Source: Hyaloraphidium curvatum SAG 235-1
Taxonomy: Eukaryota; Fungi; Monoblepharomycota
Assembly: GCA_025558095.1 (NCBI GenBank)
Contig: JAIVFI010000016.1
Span: forward strand, 310,001 to 374,000
DNA: 64,000 bases
Direction: 5' to 3'
This document shows, one piece after another, positions 54,861-64,000 of the stretch (its first letter is position 1; the number at the start of each line of letters is the position of its first letter). The translations under genes were made by a program, and so were the position numbers. The notes under the pieces are model-generated. The model was not told the origin of the DNA and searched no databases. It was given only the letters and a program-made list of their open reading frames with translations.

Positions 54861-56186
54861 ATGGCGGAGAAAGGCCCTTTGGCGTCCTCTTCCTCCGTCG
54901 GCGATGAACAAATCGCAGCCTACCGGCTGCCGAGCCTGCGCATCAGCCGCGTGGGACAGTTGGACGCGAGCCTGCTCGACGATGAGCTCCAGGCGCTGCT
55001 CTCGGACGAGCTCTTCCGGGTTCTGAAGCTGCTGAAGGTCCGTTGGACGCGTATCATCGCCTCAACTAGAAGCAGCGGCTGAGCTGGGGTCTCTGCAGCC
55101 TGGCTTGCGGGACGCGTTCGAGCCGGAGATCATGGCCATCCTCCAGTTCGCCATGTACAGGCTCTCCATCTTCCCGGCGCGAGCAACGTACGGATCTCAG
55201 CTTCAGAACTTGGTCTACCGGAACGAGTACAGGTCGAAGCACTGTTCGTGGACCGTCGGCGGTCGCGGAACGACGGATGCTTACCGCTCCGTCTCCCCGT
55301 TAGCTCTCTCCTATGACTACCCCCCGACCAAGCTCCAGTCTTGGCTCCATGTCATCCTGCACGTCGGCGGTCGCTGGGCGTGGCTTCGGTTCAACCGTGC
55401 AGCTACGGCGCTGGGGTGGGGAGACATGGAGCCGGGACAATGGCAGCACCGGGTCTGGCAGTCGATCGGGATCATTGAGCGTTGGTGGCGTGCAGCGCAC
55501 CTGGCCAACTTTGTCGTCTTTCTCTACGACGGAAAGTGCGTGGCTCTTTCGCCCACCGCTTCGCGGACGCAGGCTGACGTTTGCAATCGTTCCCAGGTAC
55601 CGGAACCTCGTCGACCGCCTCCTGGGCTTGCGGCTGGTGTACGCGCGGAGAGAGACAAGCCGGCAGATCAGCTTCGAGTTCATGAACCGGCAGCTCGTGT
55701 GGACGGCCTTCACGGTAAACTGCTCGTCCCTGCCGATCTTCCGTTCGCCAATGACACCGCTTTCAGGAATTCCTGCTGTTTGTCCTCCCGCTGGTCAACA
55801 TGGCGAGCATTCGGGCGTCGATCGGGCGCCTCTTTTCGCGCGGTTCGACCCAGAAGGATCTGCCGCCGGAGATGTGCGCCATCTGCTACGAGAACCTGGG
55901 TTCGCCCGACCTCTCGCAGCTGTCGCCGGCGACTGTTGCCGTGCGGACCCCGTACGAGACCAACTGCGGGCACGTGTTTTGCTACTATTGCGTAAAGTCG
56001 AACCTTTTGGGCAACAACGGGAGCTTCCCGTGCCCAAGGTGCGGGAAGGCTGTCGTGGAGGCATCGAAAGCAGTGCCCCGCCCCCTGCTGCTGGAAGATC
56101 GCGTGGAAGACCGCGGGGAAGAAGGCGGGGAAGATCTCGCTGACGATGCGGACGATGTGGAAGGTGCCTCGGCAGAGAAACAGTAG
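54861..56186 (+). CDS. PEX2: Peroxisomal RING peroxin Pex2; 4 introns
   Basis: Motifs RVGQLDASLLDDEL, ATYGSQLQNL, NFVVFLYDGK/YRNLVDRLLG..SFEFMNRQLVWTAFT/EFL and RING CAIC..CGHVFCYYC..CPRC. Confidence 0.94.
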
Positions 56187-56219
56187 CATCCCGATTGTGC
56201 CCAACGCGATACAGCGTTC

Positions 56220-56921
56220 TCATTTCGTCTTGTAGAGGCGCAGCTTCCCCGGAACGTAGAGGAAGTTGTCCGAGTAGCTCTTCTTCCTGAACCGGACTTC
56301 CTTGGGAAGGCTGGGAAAGGGTTGAGCACGGCAACGGGACGGTGCCATCTCGCCGCTCACTCGATCCAGTAGTCCCACCCCTGCCTCTCCGCAAACGCAA
56401 TGGCATCCTCCTTTGATGCGAAGCTGACCTTCAACGCCTGCACCGGGTCCGCGGAACTGACCCAGCCCATGAGCTGCGGGCCGGCGTGAGTTCCCCCCCG
56501 CGTCCGCAGCACGACCACCACCGACCGGGTTCTCCCACTTGTCCTGCACGTCAAAGTCGATCACCCATTCGCCCTTCTTCGCCTGGCCCGACTGCATCGC
56601 GGTCCTGGGGGGCGTTGAGACGAGCACGCCACGCCGGCGGGGCCACGCACTTTGCCGGGGAGAAGATGCGCACGCCGCGACGCCTCAAACCGGGCGGTGC
56701 GCCCGAGACGGTGTATGCCTGGCGGGGCATTGGCGGGGCGTTGGCGGGGCGTTGCAGGGGCATTGGCGGGCACGCACCTGCAGCGCGGCGGGCTCCTCCG
56801 GCTTCGTCAGCGCATCGTCGGCGCGCACCCGCGGCGTCGCGGCCGCGAAGCCGCGCGCGGAAAGACGCGCAACAGCCGGCCGCGCGAGCAGCGCCGGCGC
56901 AAGACGCCGAAGCACGGACAT
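56220..56921 (-). CDS. NDUFS4: Complex I accessory subunit NDUFS4 (NUYM); 4 introns
   Basis: Mitochondrial-type presequence followed by [51 protein letters not shown] and KSYSDNF. Confidence 0.95.
56720..56773. repeat. 11-bp minisatellite, about 5 copies, making up most of NDUFS4 intron 1
   Basis: Units tggcggggcat, tggcggggcgt, tggcggggcgt, tgcaggggcat and tggcgggcac. Confidence 0.85.
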
Positions 56922-57002
56922 CTCTGGACCCTCCCGGAGTGCTGTTGGTCGAGTAGGGGATTGGAAGCATCTTTCCCCAACTTGACCGGGCGGCGGGGCC
57001 AA

Positions 57003-58790
57003 ATGCCGCCATCGGGCCCCGCAGCGCCCGGCCGAGCGCTGCTGCGATGGCTGTCGCACTCGGCGGCATCCGCCCGGGGGGTGCGGGGCACCCGGGCCCC
57101 GTGCAGCGCGAGGAACGCGGCGACGGCCGTCCCCGGTCCCGTCTCGGGCACCGACGTCGTCGCGGCGCTGGAGGAGCGCGGCCTGGTGCACGCATGCACG
57201 TCTCACGGACTGCGAGCCGCCGCGAAATCGCGCCGGCTGACCGTCTACGCGGGATTCGACCCCACGGCGCGATCGCTCCATGTCGGCAACCTCCTGACCA
57301 TAATCGGGCTGCTGCACTTCCAACTCGCGGGCCACAACGTCATTGCTCTGGTGGGATCATGATGCGACGGCGGGTTTGCTCACGTGCTGATATCGGGCCG
57401 GTTCTGTCCCTGGCAACCCTCTGCAGCTCGGAGGTGCGACGGCAACGATCGGGGATCCGACGGGTCGTACGACGGAGCGGCCGGTCCTAACGCAGTCGGA
57501 GCTGGCGCTCAACACGGCTTCGATCGATTGGCAGCTCCACAATGTGTTCCAGTCAGCGTGGAGCCATGCTCGGCGGCGATCGAGCGCTCCTCCACCGGAT
57601 CCCGGGTCGGACCCGTCCGGCGGGGAGCCGTCGCAGCAGTTTACGGTGGTGAACAACCTGGACTGGTACGGGGGTATGAGCCTGTTGAGCTTCCTCAAGG
57701 ATGTCGGCCGCCACGCGAGGGTGCCGCAAATGCTGACGAGAGACAGGTGCGCGTGACGGGTGTGCTTGCCGAGCCGAGCCGCAATCCGACCCTCTCCTTG
57801 CCCCTATCATCCGCGCGAAGCGTCAAGTCACGTTTGCAGCCCGATGCCCCCGATGAGGCTGCAGGAGCCCAGGCACACTACGAGGGCCTTTCCTTCACGG
57901 AGTTCTCGTACCAGCTCTTGCAGGCCTTCGACTTTTACTACCTCTCCATGTCACACGGCTGCAACGTCCAGCTGGGCGGGTCGGATCAATGGGGCAACAT
58001 CACGGCGGGCACGGACCTGATCCGGCGAAAGTCCCAGGATGCGGCCGAGGCCTTCGGTCTGACACTGCCCCTCGTTGTGACCGACAAGGGCGAAAAGTTT
58101 GGCAAGAGCGCAGGCAACGCGATCTGGCTGGACGAGGAGATGTGCCCCGTGTTCGACTTTTACCAGGTGCGGTTTCACACGTCCGCGTCAAGACGAGGCG
58201 AGTGACGCATCGTCACCAGTTCTTTCGCCGAACCCCCGACTCCATGTGCCCGACCTACCTCCGCTACTTCACCTTCCTCTCCCCGGCCGAGATCGACCAG
58301 GTCGCCCGCGACCATGCCGACAACCCGTCCAGGCACGTCATGCAGCGCACGCTCGCCGGGGAGGTGACCCGGCTCGTGCACGGCGAGGCCAAGGCGGTCC
58401 GGGCCGAGACACAGGCGTCGGTGCTCTACGACGAGGACGTGGGCGGATCCGTCCCGCTCGACCGCATCCTTGCCGCCTTCCGCGGGGACCAGAGGCTTGT
58501 CACGGTCAAGCGCGATGCCTGCGTCGGATCCGAAGTCTGGAAGCTCGCTGTGGATGTGCAGCTCTTTCCTTCAAAGAGTGCGTGGATGTCCCTTTGCCCG
58601 AGATGATCGTACGACTGACACGCGCTTTCAAGGCCAGGCGCTAAAGCACATCAAGAGCGGGGGCCTGTACCTCAACAAGGTGGCGGTGGAGAGCGACCAG
58701 CGAACGATTGCTGCTTCAGACCTGATACACGGTGCGATATTCACCCTGCGCGCTGGGAAATCGAACTACAAGATCGTACACGTAGACTAG
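57003..58790 (+). CDS. MSY1: Mitochondrial tyrosyl-tRNA synthetase; multi-exon
   Basis: Motifs [16 protein letters not shown] (HIGH), [44 protein letters not shown] (KMSKS) and an S4-like C-terminus. Confidence 0.94.
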
Positions 58791-58820
58791 AGAAAGAATG
58801 AACGGAAAAGACAAAACCCC

Positions 58821-61523
58821 TCACATGGAAGACAGCTTCTCCACGAACGGGAGCAGCACGTCGACGTCCTTTTGCGCCGCCTCCGGAACCACCGAAAGAA
58901 CCCTCAAAAGATGCTTGGCCACCACATCCACGTCCCCGAAAACCGACCCACTGCGCCCACACGAGGCCAAGGAAGCGCACAGGGCAGCTTCGAGCACCGT
59001 CTCTAGCCGACGTGCCAGCTCGGTTGCCGGCACAGCGTGCGAACGCGCCTGGCGGCCGGCGTTGAGCTTGGACAGCGCATCAACGGCCTTGACTGCGGCC
59101 CGGTCCCCGATTTCGGCGAACCCGTGTCGGTAAGCCACGATCGCAACGCAAGCTGGGACGGCAAGAGGGCCGAGTGGAGGTGCCGATGCCTCGCCGCCGA
59201 GCCGCTCGACGGCACCCGCCAGGATGCGTTCCGAGGCGTCCGACCAGGCCAAAGCGAGCAGACCGACCACGTCGAGGTACCACTTGGCATCCGCGTCCCC
59301 TGCAAGCTGCGCGTCGGCAGCGAGGTTGCGGCACATGACGTCCACGTGCGCGAAAGCTGAGCTGCCCGCGGACCTGGCGACCAGTCCAACAATCCTGACC
59401 AGCGCACGGTAGCCCATCCAGAGGCGGAACGAGTTCCCCATTTTGGCGACGGTCGTCGAAACGGCAGTGCCGTCTGCAGGAGCCGCCGACGCCAGGACGG
59501 CGTCGAACCACGCCTCGGAGCGCCAAAACTCGAGCACTTCGTCCGCGTCGCGGGTCATCCAGCCGAGATCCTCGCCACCGGCGGGCAGCTTCTTGGCGAG
59601 ATCGAGCGCCCGCAAAAAGACGGAAGACGCGGCCTTGCGATCGCCGGCGACCGCCAGGTGCACAGCAGCCACGACCATGGCACGGGCAGCGGCATGCGAG
59701 CCGGCAGACGCACAGCTCGCGACCCGCAGGGCGCGAAGGTGGGCAATCTTGGCCGTGATGAGGGAGCCGTCCGGAAAGGGCATGTCCGGCCCGGCCGCGC
59801 CGTCCGGAACGGTCCCAGCCCTGCGTTCCGAGCCCTGCGGATCCCCGCGGACCGCATGCACGGCCGTGGAGACGGCCAAAGCCAGCGAATCGTTGATGAC
59901 CTGCCCCGACTGGCCGACCACGTCCGCCGCGGTTTTCGAGGTCGCGCGAGCCGACTTGCGGGGAAACACAAACACTGAAAGGGCGATGTGCAAGAGGCAA
60001 TAGAAGCCGACGAGAACCTTGAGCAGCGAGCTTCGCGGCCAGAGTCAGAACAACCGGCAATGGCAACATCGAGAACCACCAACCTGATCCAGGCAAAGGG
60101 ACCATCATCAGGGAACGAAAGCGGCTGGGCCGCCGAAAACGCCGCGGTCGCGTTGGACCCGAGCACCATGCCGACATCGACGTGCCCTCCGCCCGGCGAC
60201 GAGGCCGCACCGGCAAACGAAGACCAGTCCGAAACCCCTCCGCTGCCGCCAAAGAGCAGCATCCCGGCCAGGATGAGCACCGAAAACGGCGCCGCCGATG
60301 CAGTCCCGGGAAGCATCGTCCCGTCAGCCGTCTGCACCGGCGCCGCGTGCCATCCCGAGAGCGGCAGAGGGTTGACGCCGGTCAGCAGAGCCCGGAGGCC
60401 GTCCAGTTCCAGGCGCAGCTGCGCGTTCTCCGCCGTCAGGTGGCGGATGTGGTCGGTGGCACCCTTGAGGATGGCGGCCTTGTGGAGCTTCTTGCCCGCC
60501 GGAGCCTTGCCGTTGTCGGTGCCGGGCCCTTCGTCGTCGTCCGCACCCTCCATCTCTGCCGCCGCAGCCGCCAGGGCGGGCACGACGTCCCTGAGCTCGC
60601 GCATCCGCTCGTTGATGTTTTCGCGGTACCGCTTCTCGATCTCGTTGTGCGACGACCGGGGCTTCTTGGCCGCGCGGCCGACGTCCGTGGGAACCGCAGA
60701 GTCCGGCGGTGCAGCGGCCTTGGGGAAAACGACGTGCGGGTGGAACGACATTGGTGGCGGCGGCGGGGTGGCCGAGGGCGTCATGATGAGCTGAGGAAAG
60801 ACTGGAGGGACGGGGGGGGGGCCTCAGAGCATGGCAGGTGCGAAAGTCGGGTTGGAACGCACCGAACGCGGGCTGGCCGAGCGCGCCCGGGTTGACCATC
60901 AGGCCGGTGCCGTCGCCCAGCATGGGCATCCGCAGATCGAAGGGCCCAGAGACGGTCACGGGGGGTGCCGGGACCGGGGCGACGACCTCGGGGACCGACT
61001 TCCGCGGCCGGCCGCGCTTGCGCTTGCCCAGGGGCGGGCCCGCATCGCCGGGAGCGGGATCCGCGGCGGCAGGGGCGTCGGAGGGCGCGGGCGCCTGCTG
61101 GATGGGCAGCACTGCGTTCGGTTGCAGCAGCGCGTTCGGCGGCAGGAAGCCCACGCCGCCGGCCAGCATGTCCAGCGGCGGGAACACGAAGACTGGGTGC
61201 GGCGGGGCGTGCGGCGGGGGGTGAGGGAGGTCGGGCGTGTCGGCGGGGTCGGTGCGCGGCGAGAGGTCGGCGGGCGGCGAGCCGCGCAGCGTGCCGTCGT
61301 CGTCAGCGCGCGGCGCGCCGAGGAACGGGTCGTCGCGCACCGACGCCGTCGCCGCCGAGTGCGCCGAGTGCGCCGAGGAAGCGGGCGACGCGGGCGGCGG
61401 CGGCGACGCCGACTCGCGCAGCGGCACAACGCGCGCGCGCACCCGCCGCGCCGGCGACGGCTTGTGGTGCGTCAGCTCGAGCAGCAGCGACTGCAGCAGC
61501 TCGCTCTCGGCGTCGGCTGCCAT
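58821..61523 (-). CDS. SREBP-family membrane-tethered bHLH-zip transcription factor with an N-terminal AT-hook; at least 2 introns
   Basis: bHLH HNEIEKRYRENINERMRELRDVVP with the SREBP-diagnostic Tyr, then KLHKAAILKGATDHIRHL. Two TM segments (FSVLILAGMLLF and LLKVLVGFYCLLHIALSVFVF) flank a short loop, followed by a long C-terminal domain. AT-hook KRKRGRPRK. Confidence 0.85.
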
Positions 61524-61714
61524 CGCGGAGGTGCAGCGCACGCGCGAAACAGCTTTCCGGGTCTGGCCGGCCGCCCGACCCCGCCACTCATCACACGCCC
61601 CAAAGGCTTTCATCACACCATGTGAAAGATTACAGCTCGCGCTAAACGGCACACCGCAGCAGGAGAGAGCTCCTCCGGTCCGCAGCTGCACCAACCTAGC
61701 CTCCCAGCATCCCC

Positions 61715-64000
61715 TCACCGCACGCCGCCGTAGTACGACGCCCCGCCGGCCTGCGCCTGCTGCGGCCGCATGGCCGACATCCCTGCCCCATAGGGTGTCA
61801 TCCCAATGGGCATCATCGGCCCCCCGTACGTCGACGGCGCCGGCGCGTAGTACGATTGTCCGCCAGGGCGCACCGCTGGCCGCGCAGTGGCGTACCCGGT
61901 CGCGTGTCCCGGCACCTGCTGCGGCGGCGGGTGCGGGTTCCGCTTGAAGTGGAGGATCAGCTCGTCGACCGTCTTGTACCGCTCCTTGCGGAAGGAAAAG
62001 TACCCCGGGGCAAGGAAGATGCGCTGCAGACCGCAGAGATCAGTCGCGGGTCCAGCCCGCGCACAGCAACCACGCCCACCTCGTGCGAGGAGCCCGTCGC
62101 GCCCGGGAACTGGTACACGAGGTAGTAGCAGTTGGGCCCGTCCTGCCCCGCGGGGCACAGCGCGTACGCCGCCTGGCGCGGGTTGTTGAGCACCACCTGC
62201 CGCACCCACTGCTCCGTCTCGGGCAGCGTCTTGCCCTGCCGGTACTTGGGGTGGCGGTTCATCTCCTTGGCCTTCTCGCGGATCGGATCCACGTAGACCG
62301 TGAGGAGATGGTCCAGGTCCTCGAACGGCGAAGCCGACTTCATGTCCCGGATCTGCCACTTGGGGACGCCGCCCTGCACCACCTTGCTGATGGCTGGGGA
62401 AGCCGGGGCGAACAAAGTCAGCCGGAACCCACCACGGAGCAGGAATGCAACGCACGGATGTGCCAGAAGATGTTCTCGTCCGTCTTCATCACCACCACGA
62501 GGTCCCCGATCTTGGCCGACGGCCGCAAGAGCATCTCGCCGACCGCCTTGCCCGCGAGCTCCTTCTGGCTCAGGTCGGCCGTGAGGTCCTTGCGGTAGAG
62601 CGGGTGGTTGACGTTCTCCATCGCCTGGCTGGCCACGCGACGCCGCTGCTCGTCCTCGCGCTTCTTGGCCTCTTCTTTCTCCCTGTACGGGTTGAAGAAC
62701 TCGTCCCGCCTGGCCGCCGCGTCCTGCTGCCACCTTGCCAGCGTGTCGACGTTGACCTCGAACTTCGGAGCCTCGGTCATCACGCTGACGTCGAAGCCCT
62801 CCTTCTTCCAGTCCAGCGCCAGGATGTCGCGCACGACGACGCGGGCCGTGTGACCCTCCTGGACGTCCTTGAGGTTCTCGTCGGCGGGATCAAAGACTTC
62901 GATGACGCCCTCGACGCCGCCGGGGAGCTCGACGTAGATGCGCTTCTCGAGCTTCTTGCGCACCGTGGCCAGGAGCGGGCAGTTGGGGAAGAACTTGGAG
63001 ACCGGCTCCTTGGTCAGCATGAAGAACAGCTCTGAGATGTTGGGGTACAGCTGGGTGAGCGTCCGCGAGTCGCCGTAGGGGCTCTGGAGCTCGGCCTTGA
63101 TGTCCACGAGCGTCTGCTTCTTGAGCTCGTTGTTGCGCTTCTCGAGCTCGTCCGCGTAGCCGTCGAGGTCGAGCTCGTTGAGCTTGCTCGTGATGTCCTT
63201 GGACGCCATCAGCTCCTCGACGTACTGCGACGGCTGTTCGTCGTCCTCGGCCAGATCGTCCGCATCCACCGCGTCGGCAGCCATCTGCCGCGCGAGCGCG
63301 TAGTCCTTGACGTGTATGCGCGTGTCGTCCAGGACGTCGATGTGCGCATTCCGCCGGCCAAAGTGGTACTTGCGGATCCGGATGAAGCTGTTGCAGTTGA
63401 AAAAGACGTTGGGTCCCACGACCTTCTCCGTGACCAGGTCCTGCCGGCTCTCGAGGCCCGGCAGCTGCTTCTCCTCCACGATCCTCGCCAGCTTGGCCAG
63501 GATGGCGCCGGCTTTGCGCGGCCCGAGGCCGCTGACGTACTGCAGCGTGTGAGCCCTGTGCCGGTGCTTGATGGCTGCGTTGATGTCCACGCCGACCCTT
63601 CCCACCGCGTTGATGATGGCGCGCTCCAAGTTGCGCACGAGCAGGTCCGCGGGAGCCGAGGACTGGCGCTCGTACAGCTTCACCTTGGTGATGTCCTGGT
63701 TCTGGTTGAAGAGCGAGGCGTAGGCCATGACGGGGTCCTGCGCCTTGCGCGCCAGGCCGATGCAGTACCGGAGAGTCTCGTTGTACTCCCGGAACTCCGC
63801 CTTGGCCTCGGCCGAATTCTTCCAGATTTGCGCCGTATCGTCCGTGACCCAGTGGATCTCCAGGTGCTGCAAGAAGGTGTGGCTCTTGCGGACCTTATCC
63901 ACCTGGTCCTGCACGTCCTGGAAGAGCCGCATGGCACCGACCGTCGACGCAGCCATGACCACCACATCCGGCCGCGAGCTGACCAAGAACTCGGCCAGGC
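61715..64000 (-). CDS. SPT6: Transcription elongation factor Spt6; 3' part only, continues off the right edge
   Basis: YqgF/HhH motifs LQYVSGLGPRKA, FFNCNSFIRI and VLDDTRIH; S1 domain; tandem SH2 region (LRPSAK..FEDLDHLL..YV..P). Confidence 0.95.

Overview
Eukaryotic, GC-rich, very compact genomic DNA with short (~40-75 nt) spliceosomal introns. The gene set (Spa2, an SREBP, a front-end desaturase and an axonemal outer-arm dynein) points to an early-diverging, chytrid-like fungus; this is inference. By splicing genes by hand I find 25 protein-coding genes: RAV1/DMXL (partial), TRS85, UTP22, MIC60, PEX1, UGP1, cyclophilin, a DNAH5/8-type dynein heavy chain, DOHH/LIA1, PET100, a BRAWNIN/UQCC6-like microprotein missing from the ORF track, SPA2, UTP25, BOS1, MED20, CCDC43, TAP42, KRR1, RNH202, a delta-6-type desaturase, PEX2, NDUFS4, MSY1, SREBP and SPT6 (partial). 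Most are in head-to-head pairs whose start codons are only ~50-270 nt apart. I see no RNA genes, transposons or CRISPR arrays. The most striking signal is in splicing. Two neighbouring housekeeping genes each appear to carry a single-nucleotide exon (cag|A|gt): cyclophilin at 22096, followed by a 4-nt exon, and UGP1 at 20717. In cyclophilin the conserved motif cannot be rebuilt without it. Other points: frequent GC-AG introns and AAG acceptors, a two-start mitochondrial/cytosolic cyclophilin, a visibly CpG-depleted but intact 15-kb dynein gene, and antisense-overlapping gene ends. All gene models are manual and need RNA-seq confirmation.
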